From Novosphingobium sp. (lineage in GTDB: Bacteria > Pseudomonadota > Alphaproteobacteria > Sphingomonadales > Sphingomonadaceae), in NCBI GenBank assembly GCA_044225335.1, contig JBGAIR010000002.1:8643-72642 (forward strand): 64,000 nucleotides of DNA. The letters are read 5' to 3'. The number at the start of each line of letters is the position of its first letter. Positions within the stretch are counted from its first letter, which is position 1. A program made the translations under genes and the position numbers. Shown here one piece after another: positions 39,490-49,643 of the stretch. The notes below the pieces were generated by a model, which made no database searches, was not told the origin of the DNA, and saw nothing but the letters and a program-made list of their open reading frames with translations.

Positions 39490-42400
39490 TCAGCGGCCGA
39501 GCAGTATCCGGGCCTGACTGGCGATCTGCGCCAGCATCGCCGGGGCAACCGGATTGGCTGCCGAAGCGCGCTGGATCATGCGGCGGAACTGCTCGATGGA
39601 CTGCGCCTGTGCTGCCGCCCAGCCCGCCACAGCTTTTGCCGGATCATGCTTTGCCGCCACCGCCCGGCGCAGAAACTCCAGCCGCATCTGTTGGAAATCG
39701 CGAGCCAGGCCATTGACCAGCAGCCGTTCCCATGGGTCGGACGGGCTCATCCGTGCCGCCGTAACCTGCGCCCAGTCAAGGCCCATGCGGGCACCAAGAT
39801 CGGTGAAGGCAGCGGTCACCGCGCTGGCGGAAACGCCGCTATCGCGCGCCAGCCGGGCAAGGCCGGTGGCACCGTCCATGTCATAGAGCCGGGTTACCGC
39901 CTGCGCGAGATCATCGGGTGCGCCCGCACGGGCAAGCTCGCCGCGCATCCGCTGCGACTGGCGCTGCGCCTCCGCCGGCAACAACCGGGCAACCTCGCTG
40001 CCCAGTTCACCAACGCCCGCATGCAGTTCGGCAACCAGCTGCGACGGCATGACCGAACCCGCCCCCTGCCGCAGCAGATCGGCCATCTGATCGGCAATCG
40101 CCGATGCGGCACGATCAAACAGCATGATCCGCGCGCCCTCGCTCATCGGTGCGGTTTCGATACCGCGCCAGATTTCACCAAGGCCAAACAACCGCTCGGC
40201 GGCAACAAAGGCAGCAACCACATGGGCCAGGCTGGCCCCTTCTTCCTCGGCCAGCTCAAACGGATGGATCAGCCCCAGCCGATTGACCACCCGGTTGGCC
40301 AGCTTGGTCGCGACGATTTCGCGCCGCAGGCGGTGGCCTTCGATGTCAGCGGTAAAGCGCTGCCGCATCGGTGCCGGGAAAGCATCAAGCAGTTCCTCGA
40401 CCAGCGCCGGATCATCAACCACATCGGAATGTTCCAGCGCATCCTGCAGCACCAGCTTGGCGCTGGACAGCAGCACCGCCAGTTCCGGCCGGGTCAGGCC
40501 GTGCCCATCGGCGGCGCGGCGCGCCAGTACATCGCTGTCCGCCAGCCCTTCGGTCTTGCGGTCAAGATGCCCGCCTTCTTCCAGCGTTTCGATCAGGCGC
40601 AGATGCGATGCCGTGGCCAGCGCCCCGCCCGCCTGCGCGATCGACAGCGCCAGCGCCTGCAGACGGTTGTCTTCCAGCACGATCCTGCCGACTTCGTCGG
40701 TCATCTCGGTCAGCAGCGCCACGCGGCCATCCTCATCGAGCCGACCAGCGCGTTTGGCTCCGGCCAGCGCGATCTTGATGTTGACCTCATTGTCGGAACA
40801 ATCGACCCCGGCCGAATTGTCGATGAAATCGGTGTTGATCCGCCCGCCCGCACCATTCGCGCCGTACAGCGCAAATTCGATGCGCCCGGCCTGTGTGCAG
40901 CCCAGATTGGCACCTTCGCCAATCACCCTGGCCCGCACATCAGCGGCATCGACGCGCAGCGAATCATTGCCCGGATCGCCAACCTGGATGTTGTTCTCGC
41001 TCGATGCCTTCACATAGGTGCCGATACCGCCAAACCACAGGAGATCGACCGGGGCCTTGAGAATGGCCGAGATCAGACTTTCAGGATCCAGCGCTTCGGC
41101 CTCGATCCCCAGCACTTCGCGGATTTGCGGGCTGAGCGGCACTTCCTTAAGGCTGCGGGCATAGACGCCGCCGCCCTTGCTGATCAGCGCCTTGTCATAA
41201 TCGTCCCAGCTTGATCGCGGCAGCGCAAACATCCGCGCCCGTTCGGCCCAGCTCTTCGCCGGATCGGGATCGGGATCAAGGAAGATGTGGCGATGGTCGA
41301 AAGCAGCCACCAGCTTGATCGCCTGCGACAGCAGCATGCCGTTGCCGAACACGTCGCCCGACATATCGCCGCAACCGGCCGCACGGACCGGCTCGCTCTG
41401 GACATCGATGCCCTGCTCCAGAAAATGGCGCTGCACGGAAAGCCAGGCCCCCTTGGCGGTGATCCCCATCGCCTTGTGGTCATAACCCTTGGACCCGCCG
41501 CTGGCGAAGGCATCGCCCAGCCAGAAATCATGCTCTTCGGCGATGGCATTGGCTGTGTCTGAAAAGGTTGCGGTGCCCTTGTCCGCAGCCACGACGAAAT
41601 AGGGATCTTCGCCATCGCGGATCGTCACCGCCCTGGGATGCACCACCTTGCCGCCGGAAATATTGTCGGTGATCGACAGCAGCGTACGGATGAACAGCTT
41701 GTAGCTTTCCTTGCCCTCGGTCAGCCAGCCTTCGCGATCACGCGCGGGATCGGGAAGCTGCTTGGGATAGAACCCGCCCTTCGCCCCGGTCGGCACGATC
41801 ACCGCGTTCTTGACCCGCTGCGCCTTCATCAGGCCCAGGATTTCGGTGCGGAAATCGTCACGCCGGTCTGACCAGCGCAGCCCGCCGCGTGCCACCGGCC
41901 CGGCGCGCAGATGGATGCCTTCCACCCGGCGCGAATAGACGAAGATCTCGCGCCATGGCACCGGCTTGGGCAGGCCCGGAACCAGCGCGGAATCGATCTT
42001 GAAGGCCAGCGCCTCGGCCCCGGCGGGGGCAAAGGCATTGGTGCGCAGCATGGCTTCGACCAGCGCGCGGTACTGGCGCAGCAAGCGGTCGTCATTGATC
42101 GCGGAAACCTTGGCCAGGCCATCGCGGATCGCAGCCTGCTGGGTTTCTTCCGCGGCAGCGCGGTCACCCTTGAAGGCGGGATCATGGCGGGCAATGAACA
42201 AGGCCACCAGCGCGCGGGTGACCTGCGGCGCGCCTTGCAAGGCATCAACCACGGTCTGCACCGCGAAACTCAGCCCGGCCTGTCGCAGATAGCGGAACCA
42301 CGCACGCAGCCAATTGGCCTCTTCCGCGCCCAGCGCCGTCGCCGCGATCAGCCGGTTGAACGGATCATCCTCTGCCGCTCCGTTGAGCACGGCGGCAATC

Positions 42401-44143
42401 GATCCCTCGATCGCGGCCGCACGGGCCAGCACATCGGCACAATCCAGCCCATCGGGCAGTGCCAGCAGAAAATCATGGATCGTGCCGAGCTTGCCGCTGT
42501 CCAGCTCGGTCGGAATCCGACAGGGCAATCGCCCCGCCACGCTGATAGAGCTTGAGCCGCAGCACGCCCGCGTCATCGCCAGTCATGCAATGCAGCCGCG
42601 CAGCCCGGCGCGGGCCGTCTTCGCCTTCCGCTGCCAGCGGGCGCAGCCGGGCGATATCCTGTGCGGCTTCGGTGGGGCCATAGGCCGTGCGATAGGCCAG
42701 CGGGAATGCCTCGGCATAGCGCGCGGCAATCGCGGCAGCGCGCGATGGCTCTTCGCTGGCGGCAATTTCGCCTTCCACGGCGTCACTCCAGCCGCGCAGC
42801 ATGCCCTGCAGCCGGGCGTCGAGCGCGGCCTCATCCGGCAATTTGGCCACCTCGGGCAGATCGATAACGAAGCGCAGCAGCGCCAGATTGCCATCCACTT
42901 CCAGCGCCCAATCGAGCAGGGGGCCGTCGCAGGCATCCTCCAGCATGGCCTGCACCTGTAACCGGGTGCCGGTCGACATGATGTCACGCGGCAGCCAGAC
43001 AAAGGCAAACAGGTGACGCATCAGCGCCGCCGGAACCAGTGCCAGCTTGGGGCGCGGGCGATCCACCAGGCTCATCATGGTGGTGGCAATCCGCTGGATA
43101 TCGGCATCGGCAGACCCGATCAGCAGATCGTGCGGCAGTGCGGTGAGCGCATGGACCAGCGCCTTGCCGGCGTGGCCCTGCGGGGCAAAGCCGAAACGCG
43201 CCATCAGATCGCTCATCTGTGCGCGCATCCGGGGAATCTGGGTGGGAACGGCAGCCAGCGCGGCGCTGGTCCAGATCCCGGCATGAACCGAAAGCGCTGT
43301 CAGCTTGCCGCCTTCGAACACCGGAACGATGAACAGGTCCAGCGGAACGCGGCGGTGAACATTGCTGACGGTGTTCGATTTGATCGCCAGCGGAGCACGC
43401 GCGCCCTTGGTGCCGCCTTCGAACCAGGCAAAGGCACGTTCATAGGAAATCGGACCGAGCAGCTCTTTCGCGCTGCGCTTGCAGATACCCAGCGCGCCGC
43501 TCTGGCTGCCATCGCGGTGGCGGATGACATGGCCGAGCTGGGTCAGCATGCCTTCCTTGAACCAGCGCAGCAGTGCTGCCCCTTCGCTGTCGGCCAGCGC
43601 ATCGGCATCTTCGCCCATAACCGCCTGCATGCGCGGCCAGTCAGCCACTGCCACGCGCACATCGGCGAGCGTTGCCTTCAAGGCAGCCAGCAGTTCGCGC
43701 CGCAGGCGGGCATCGCCGCGCTGGGTTTCCAGATAGACCATGGATTCGCGCTTTTCGCCCGCGACATCGCCGGAAAGAATCTCGGTCAGCACGCCATCGC
43801 CATCGCGCCGCACCGCCAGCACCGGGTGAACCAGACGATCAATGGCCAGGCCATGCGCCGTGATGGCGGTCGTGATCGAATCGACCAGAAACGGCATGTC
43901 ATCATTGATCACCGCGATCCGCATGAAGCGTTCGCTGGCGGATCCCGAAACCGATTCGAGCACCACCGCAGGCTCACCCGGTTCACGCCGGTCGGCTGCG
44001 GTCAGCATGAATTCTGCCGCCTTGGCGAGCTGGTCCACTCCGAAATCGCCCTCGCCGGGCAGCAATGCATCGGCAAGTCGCGCCGCCAGCGCTTTCGCCA
44101 AGGGTGAATTCGACGACGACGGAGCGGCAGATTTCGAAGCCAT
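39490..44143 (-). pseudogene. Large NAD-specific glutamate dehydrogenase (Bac_GDH/GdhZ type), interrupted by a frameshift near 42515
   Basis: The two ORFs, 42473..44143 (556 aa, N-terminal region) and 39490..42576 (1028 aa, including the catalytic PTGAKGGFYPK motif), lie in frames offset by 1 and overlap by 104 nt. Together they equal one enzyme of about 1,580 aa. Confidence 0.7.
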
Positions 44144-44286
44144 TTTTCACGCTCTCCTGCGAGGATGAGACCGGCTCCGCATCTTGTTATTTTATTGCCG
44201 CAAGCCGCAGTATTAATGCAAAGGGTAAACCGGGTTGGTCTCAAATGCAACCAACTACGACCCCGTATTTCCGCTTAGCGAAACGA

Positions 44287-45267
44287 TTATCTCAGCGCGC
44301 GCGCGGTAAGCTCCAGCGAATGCCGCCGCGCCGTCGCATCAAAGGTTGCACCGGCGATGATCAGCTCATCCGCTTGCGTTCGTTCGATAAACTGGCCAAT
44401 CGCCGCCGCAACCGTGGCGGGCGCGCCAATCGCGCTGGCCTGACGCATATGCTCCAGCATCGCCCGCGCCGGTGGTGGCAGACTTTCCCGGTAGCCCGGC
44501 ACAGGTGGTTGCAGCTTGCCGGGATTGCCGCTGCGCAGTGCCACGAAGCTCTGGTCCATCGATGAGGCCAGCAGCTGTGCCTCCGCATCGCTATCGGCGC
44601 AGATCACGGTCATCGCGGCCATGGCGTGTGGCTGATCGAGCCATTGCGATGGCCGGAACTGCTGGCGATAGAGCCGCAGCGCCGCATCAAGATGATCGGG
44701 CGCGAAATGCGAAGCAAAGGCATATGGCATCCCCAGCGCCGCTGCCAGTTGCGCGCCAAACAGGCTGGAGCCAAGCATCCACAGCTCAACCGCCGCTCCA
44801 TGTCCAGGCGTGGCCCGCAGCGGCAGCGCAGGCTCTCCAGTCAGCAAGGCGCGCAGTTCCACCACATCCTGCGGGAAAAATTCTGCGGCGCGGTTCAGAT
44901 CCTTGCGCAGGGCCTGCCCCAGCCTGCCATCCGCCCCGGGCGCGCGGCCCAGCCCCAGATCGACGCGCCCCGGAAACAGCGCGTCGAGCGTGCCGAACTG
45001 TTCGGCAATGACGAAGGGATTGTGATTGGGCAGCATGATGCCGCCCGAACCGATCCTGATACTGCGGGTAGCATGGCCAATATGCGCCAGCACCACTGCC
45101 GCCGCACCGCCTGCCACGCCATCCATGGCATGATGCTCTGCCACCCAGAACCGCTTGTAACCGGCCGCTTCAGCGCATTGCGCCAGCAGGGCCGCATCTT
45201 GCAGCGCTTCGCTGACACTGCCCGTCTCGCGGACGGTAACCAGATCAAGAACGGAAAGCGGGATCAC
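44287..45267 (-). CDS. LLM-class (luciferase-like) flavin-dependent oxidoreductase
   Basis: MIPLSVLDLV....AAGYKRFWVAEHH N-terminus and 326 aa are typical of the luciferase-like monooxygenase family. Confidence 0.85.
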   Translation of the reverse strand: MIPLSVLDLVTVRETGSVSEALQDAALLAQCAEAAGYKRFWVAEHHAMDGVAGGAAAVVLAHIGHATRSIRIGSGGIMLPNHNPFVIAEQFGTLDALFPGRVDLGLGRAPGADGRLGQALRKDLNRAAEFFPQDVVELRALLTGEPALPLRATPGHGAAVELWMLGSSLFGAQLAAALGMPYAFASHFAPDHLDAALRLYRQQFRPSQWLDQPHAMAAMTVICADSDAEAQLLASSMDQSFVALRSGNPGKLQPPVPGYRESLPPPARAMLEHMRQASAIGAPATVAAAIGQFIERTQADELIIAGATFDATARRHSLELTARALR

Positions 45268-46166
45268 CTGGCAGGAGATGGGGCGGCAGGGGCCAGTTGG
45301 TCAAGATAGGACCGGGCGGTTTTTGCCGCATCGCTGTCTGGCGCAGCCTTGATTACTGATTCCCAGCTTTGCCGGGCCGCGGCATCATGGCCGCCAAGAA
45401 CCGCGATCACACCAGCCTCCAGGCCGGTTTCGGGATCGGTCGGGGCAAGCTCGGCAGCCCGCTCGATCTGTTGCTGCGCTTCGGCCAGCTGCCCTTGCCG
45501 CCGGGCCAGCGTTGCGGAAAGCAACCAGGCCTGCGCATTATCCGGAACATTCGCGCGCGCTTCGGCCAAGGCCGCCGCAGCATCGCCTTCGCGCTTCAAA
45601 GCCACCAGCGCACGGGCGCGATCGATCGAGATTTCGCCAGCCAGCCGGGCATCGGAAGCCCCCAGCGCATCACCATGCGCAATATCCAGTTCGGTCAGCG
45701 CCTGCTGCGCCTTCGCCGCTGGACTGTCTGCCAGCAGCGCATTGGCGATCATCGCCCCCAGCCTGGCCCGCTCCGCCCTTTCGCTGAAGCTGGCGGTGCT
45801 GCCACCGGGCAGGGCGTCGCGCGCGCCGCGAAAGGCGTCAACCGCCTGATCCCAACGCTCCAGCCGGGTCAGCGCCAGCCCAAGGCATTGCCCGGGCTCC
45901 GCCCGCTCCGCGCCTTTGACGGAATCGAGCCATGCCCCGGCGCTGTCCAGCGCATTGACCGGATCGGTGCGCGCTGCGGCAAGGCATTGCGAAAGGCGGC
46001 TGGGCAGCAGGTGACTGGGTGGCGGCGCGGGCGCGGTCGCCGTGGCGGCAGGTTTGCCCCGGCGATGAATTTCCAGTGGAGCGCCCTGGGTTGAAGGTGC
46101 GGCACCGGGCGAAACCGTGCCAAGCTGAAGAAACAGCGGCAGAACGGGGGCAAGCAGAAGCGGCAA
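45264..46166 (-). CDS. TPR-repeat protein with N-terminal hydrophobic signal/anchor
   Basis: Ala-rich TPR-like helices (..AQQALTELDIAHGDALGA.., ..AEAQQQIERAAELAPTDPETGLEAG..). No in-frame ATG gives a sensible N-terminus. TTG 46166 gives (M)PLLLAPVLPLFLQLG, so the start is uncertain. Confidence 0.5.
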   Translation of the reverse strand: MPLLLAPVLPLFLQLGTVSPGAAPSTQGAPLEIHRRGKPAATATAPAPPPSHLLPSRLSQCLAAARTDPVNALDSAGAWLDSVKGAERAEPGQCLGLALTRLERWDQAVDAFRGARDALPGGSTASFSERAERARLGAMIANALLADSPAAKAQQALTELDIAHGDALGASDARLAGEISIDRARALVALKREGDAAAALAEARANVPDNAQAWLLSATLARRQGQLAEAQQQIERAAELAPTDPETGLEAGVIAVLGGHDAAARQSWESVIKAAPDSDAAKTARSYLDQLAPAAPSPAR

Positions 46167-46177
46167 GGGCGAACTCG

Positions 46178-46933
46178 CTATTGTGGCAAGGCGGCGATGG
46201 TTCGCAGCAGCAGGGCAATGTCCTGGTCCCGGCTGAGGCGATGATCGCCATCCTTGATCAGCAAGACCTGCACATCGGCTGAACGAAGCTTCTCCGCCAG
46301 CCGCAACGCTGTCTGCCAGGGCACGTCCGGATCCGCCTGCCCGTGCAGCAGCCGCACCGGGCAATGCAGCGCGATCTCTGCGTCCAGCACCCGCTGCGCT
46401 TGACCATCCGCCCAGAAGCCGGGATGGGTCGGGGTCGGTTCCGGGCCGTAAGGATTGTCTTCGAGCACCACCACGCCGCTCGCCAACTGCGCCTTCTGTG
46501 TGTCGGTATAGCCCCATTCCGTGAAATCCGGTGCGGCAGCAATGCCAACCAGCGCCCCCGCCCGGTCTCCCAGAGCACGGCCCGCCAGCAGCATCAGCCA
46601 GCCCCCCATTGACGAACCGATCAGTACCACCGGGCCGGGGCAATATGCCTCGATCAGCGCCAGCACCTCATCACGCCAGCGGCTGAGCGTACCTTCGGCA
46701 AAATCGCCCGCGCTCAGGCCGCAGCCGGAATAATCAAGGAGCAGGCAGGCCCGGCCATTCTCTGCCGCCCATTGCCACACCGCCGCTGCCTTGCCCCCGG
46801 CCATGTCCGACATGTAGCCGGGCAGAAACACCAGCGCCGGACCGCTTCCGGCAAGGTGGCGAAAGGCAATGCGGCGGCCATCGGCCATGGTGTGAAAATG
46901 AAGATCAGTCATTGCTGTGTGATGCCCTCGCAA
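46178..46933 (-). CDS. Alpha/beta-fold hydrolase
   Basis: Nucleophile elbow GSSMGG and an HG-type oxyanion region (LVFLPGY). About 245 aa. An alternative start is ATG 46912. Confidence 0.8.
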   Translation of the reverse strand: MRGHHTAMTDLHFHTMADGRRIAFRHLAGSGPALVFLPGYMSDMAGGKAAAVWQWAAENGRACLLLDYSGCGLSAGDFAEGTLSRWRDEVLALIEAYCPGPVVLIGSSMGGWLMLLAGRALGDRAGALVGIAAAPDFTEWGYTDTQKAQLASGVVVLEDNPYGPEPTPTHPGFWADGQAQRVLDAEIALHCPVRLLHGQADPDVPWQTALRLAEKLRSADVQVLLIKDGDHRLSRDQDIALLLRTIAALPQ

Positions 46934-46939
46934 AGCTGA

Positions 46940-47131
46940 TCAGTCACGCAGGAAAATCTCTTCAATCCGCAGTTCAAAAAGAAAAGCTATCCGGAATGCC
47001 AGCGGCAATGACGGATCATATTTGCCGGTTTCGATTGCATTGACTGACTGCCGACTGACTTCCAGCCGCTCGGCCAGATCCTGCTGGCTCCAGTCACGCT
47101 CGGCGCGAAGCACTTTGAGGCGGTTCTTCAT
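46940..47131 (-). CDS. Short XRE-family HTH transcriptional regulator
   Basis: MKNRLKVLRAERDWSQQDLAERLEVSRQSVNAIETGKYDPSLPLAFRIAFLF. The start overlaps the upstream membrane-protein stop (ATGA). Confidence 0.85.
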   Translation of the reverse strand: MKNRLKVLRAERDWSQQDLAERLEVSRQSVNAIETGKYDPSLPLAFRIAFLFELRIEEIFLRD

Positions 47132-47535
47132 GGGCAGCCCGCCGATCCGGTTGTGACGCGGTTGAAGATCGCACCGATACCCAGCCCCATGCACCACAAG
47201 GGGAATACCCAGAAGATCGGCAGCTGCGGAACATTGGTGTAAAGTTCCAGCAAGCCCCAAACGCTGGTGACGGACAGCGTTAGAGCTGTGGCGACCAGCG
47301 CCTGCCGCACCACCAGCATTCTGATATACTCATCGCTGAGTTCGATCATCATGCGGGCGATTGCATAAATCATCATCAGCACACCGGCACCCGGCAACAG
47401 CGCCAGCACCACTGCCTTTGCTGACAGCGATGAACGATCATGCAGCAATGTCGCTGCGGCGATGATTGCAACAGTATAGAGGGTCGCGGCAACAATCATC
47501 CGGCGCGTGTAGCGGCGCATGGCCTGATCACGCAT
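47128..47535 (-). CDS. Hypothetical 4-TM membrane protein, coupled to the XRE regulator
   Basis: Hydrophobic helices. Translationally coupled to the HTH gene. Confidence 0.6.
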   Translation of the reverse strand: MRDQAMRRYTRRMIVAATLYTVAIIAAATLLHDRSSLSAKAVVLALLPGAGVLMMIYAIARMMIELSDEYIRMLVVRQALVATALTLSVTSVWGLLELYTNVPQLPIFWVFPLWCMGLGIGAIFNRVTTGSAGCP

Positions 47536-47538
47536 GGC

Positions 47539-47733
47539 TCAACCCTCTCCCACACTGCAGATGCCGCGCTGGCCGCGAATGCCGCTAGCCATCCAGAGCG
47601 CCGGAATGATTGAAAACATCACCCCGGCATCCTTGTCCGCGATCAATCCTGCATAGTTGGCGAGCGCCAGCAGCAGCAATGCGGCGGCCCAGCAAAGGGC
47701 CCTGGCAACATCAGTCATAAGACAAGCCTCCAT
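47539..47733 (-). CDS. Hypothetical small membrane protein (2 TM)
   Basis: 64-aa ORF, 3 nt upstream of the next gene, with hydrophobic segments ALCWAAALLLLALANYAGLI and MFSIIPALWMA. Confidence 0.4.
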   Translation of the reverse strand: MEACLMTDVARALCWAAALLLLALANYAGLIADKDAGVMFSIIPALWMASGIRGQRGICSVGEG

Positions 47734-47753
47734 TTCACAATGTAAATGAAACT

Positions 47754-47834
47754 TGTCACATCCAACCCTTTATGTCAAGTGTCATTTACCTAATATCGGT
47801 TTTCCTTGTCTCCATCAGCCCATTGTCCTGTCAC
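47754..47834 (+). promoter_or_regulatory. Cluster of TGTCA(C/T/A) repeats upstream of phoD (possible Pho-box-like sites)
   Basis: TGTCAC (47755), TGTCAA (47773), TGTCAT (47780), TGTCTC (47807), TGTCCT (47825) and TGTCAC (47829) all fall within about 80 bp of AT-rich DNA. The spacing is not a clean 11-bp phasing. Confidence 0.25.
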
Positions 47835-47875
47835 AATTCGCGGTTAATCTTCCGACAAATGTCAGGGAGAACGCA

Positions 47876-49519
47876 ATGAGTTTACCGCCGCCAAAACCCG
47901 CCCGGATCACGTCAGTCGATCGCCGCAACGCGCTGAAGCTGACCGCACTGGGACTGGCGGGCGCCGCGACTCCGCTGGCGGCCCAGAGCGCGCAGGGCTT
48001 TACCCATGGTGTCGCCAGCGGTGAGCCCGGGCCGGAACAGGTGCTGCTTTGGACGCGCTTCGCACGCGGCGATGAAACCAGGCTGAAATGGGAAGTGGCC
48101 GAGGATGAGGCTTTCACCAAAATCGCCGCAGGGGGTGACGCGCTGGCATCGCCCGTCAATGATTGCTGTGCCAAGGCCTGGGCGCGTGGATTGAAGCCGG
48201 GCAGCTGGTATTATTACCGCTTCGTCGCCCCCGGCGGCGAAACCTCGGTGATCGGCCGCACCCGCACCCTGCCGGTGGGCAAGCTGGCCAAGTTCCGCAT
48301 GGCGGTGTTTTCCTGCTCGAACTTCGGCTTTGGCTGGTTCAACGCCTATGCCCATGCCTGCGAAGCAGGTGATTTCGATCTGGTCCTGCATCTGGGCGAC
48401 TATTTCTACGAATATAAGCGCGGCGAATATCCTTCAAAAAAGGAGGCTCTGGCCGAGCGCGTTCTGCCGGTGGATGAAGCTGTGACACTGGCTGGCTATC
48501 GTGAGCGTTTTGCCACCTATCGTGCCGATCCCGATCTGCAGCGGCTGCATCAGCTCTATCCGATGATCCCGATGTGGGATGATCACGAAACCGCCAATGA
48601 CACATGGAAAGATGGCGCGGAAAACCATCAGGCCAATGAGGGCATCTGGCCCGAACGCAAGGCTGCATCGGAAAAGGCCTATCGCGAATGGCTGCCGGTA
48701 TCCGATGACTATTGGGCCAGTTACGAGATTGGCGATCTTGCCTCGCTCTACAAGCTGGAAAGCCGCCATCTGGCGCGGGTCGAACAGCTTGATTACATCG
48801 ATATCATAACCAAGGCATCGCCGGAACAGGTTGATGCGGCGATCACGGCGTTCCGCGATGGGCCGTTGGCCGATCCCAATCGCACCCTGCTGGGCCCGCA
48901 GCAGGAAGCCTGGCTGGCAGGCCAGCTCAAGGCATCGGTCAAGGCGCGCAAGGCCTGGCAGGTGCTGGGCCAGCAGGTGGTGATGGGCAAGCTGGTGCTG
49001 GGCGACAAGGTGCTGGATGGCATGAATGACAAGGCGCAGAACTGGCTCAAGGCCAGGCTGAAAGCCACCGTCGCTGCTGGCCACGCCGGTATTCCGCTCA
49101 ACATGGATTCCTGGGATGGCTATCCCGCCGCGCGGGACCGGCTGCTCAAGGCATCGCTCGAAGCGGACGCCAATCTGGTGGTGCTGTCCGGCGATAGCCA
49201 CAATGCCTGGGCCTTTGATCTTGATCGCAATGGCGTGCGCGCCGGGGTGGAAATGGGCGGCCATTCGGTCAGCTCGCCAGGGGCGGAAGATTCGCTGCCG
49301 TGGATCGCCCCCGATGCGCTGGCCCGGATTTCTGTGGCTGCCAATCGCCAGCTCAAATGGTGCGATACCTCGCAGCGCGGCTATATGGCGGTGGAACTGA
49401 CCCCGACGGCGGCAAGCTGCGAATGGCGGTTCATGACCACGGTGCGGCAGAAGAATACGCAGCTGGCCGGGGTGAAGCGGATGACCGTGCTGGCCGGGCA
49501 GCGGAAATACTCGGCTTAG
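47876..49519 (+). CDS. phoD: Alkaline phosphatase D family protein, Tat-exported
   Basis: Twin-arginine signal SVDRRNALKLTALGLAGAA. Motifs FTHGVASGEP, LHLGDYFYEY, WDDHE.AND and SGDSHNAW. RBS GGGAGA precedes ATG 47876. Confidence 0.9.
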   Translation: MSLPPPKPARITSVDRRNALKLTALGLAGAATPLAAQSAQGFTHGVASGEPGPEQVLLWTRFARGDETRLKWEVAEDEAFTKIAAGGDALASPVNDCCAKAWARGLKPGSWYYYRFVAPGGETSVIGRTRTLPVGKLAKFRMAVFSCSNFGFGWFNAYAHACEAGDFDLVLHLGDYFYEYKRGEYPSKKEALAERVLPVDEAVTLAGYRERFATYRADPDLQRLHQLYPMIPMWDDHETANDTWKDGAENHQANEGIWPERKAASEKAYREWLPVSDDYWASYEIGDLASLYKLESRHLARVEQLDYIDIITKASPEQVDAAITAFRDGPLADPNRTLLGPQQEAWLAGQLKASVKARKAWQVLGQQVVMGKLVLGDKVLDGMNDKAQNWLKARLKATVAAGHAGIPLNMDSWDGYPAARDRLLKASLEADANLVVLSGDSHNAWAFDLDRNGVRAGVEMGGHSVSSPGAEDSLPWIAPDALARISVAANRQLKWCDTSQRGYMAVELTPTAASCEWRFMTTVRQKNTQLAGVKRMTVLAGQRKYSA

Positions 49520-49532
49520 TTGCCTGTTAACC

Positions 49533-49643
49533 ATGATGCTGCTAGCGCCAGCGGCGATGACGCTGCTTCGTGCCCTCGTGTCGGCAACTGTGCCGACGAC
49601 TACCACCACCCCGGGTTTCCGGGGGCGGGCTGCTTTCGCCTGA
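49533..49643 (+). promoter_or_regulatory. Candidate thrS leader peptide ORF (36 codons) with five consecutive Thr codons
   Basis: I translated it by hand: MMLLAPAAMTLLRALVSATVPTTTTTPGFRGRAAFA*. The Thr run ACG ACT ACC ACC ACC is at 49596-49610. The hairpin CCCCGG-gttt-CCGGGG (49609-49624) overlaps the last Thr codon. There is no obvious SD. Confidence 0.35.

Noticed and set aside
39646-41214. 522-aa ORF, with further ORFs at 40124-41017 and 43013-44107, antisense to the NAD-GDH gene
   Set aside because: These are antisense shadow ORFs with no domains recognised. The sense strand carries Bac_GDH motifs throughout.
48434-49609. 391-aa ORF antisense to phoD. Also 62246-63406 (-), antisense to the CMD/PNPOx genes
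   Set aside because: These are shadow ORFs. The sense strands carry clear PhoD and AhpD-like/PNPOx motifs.
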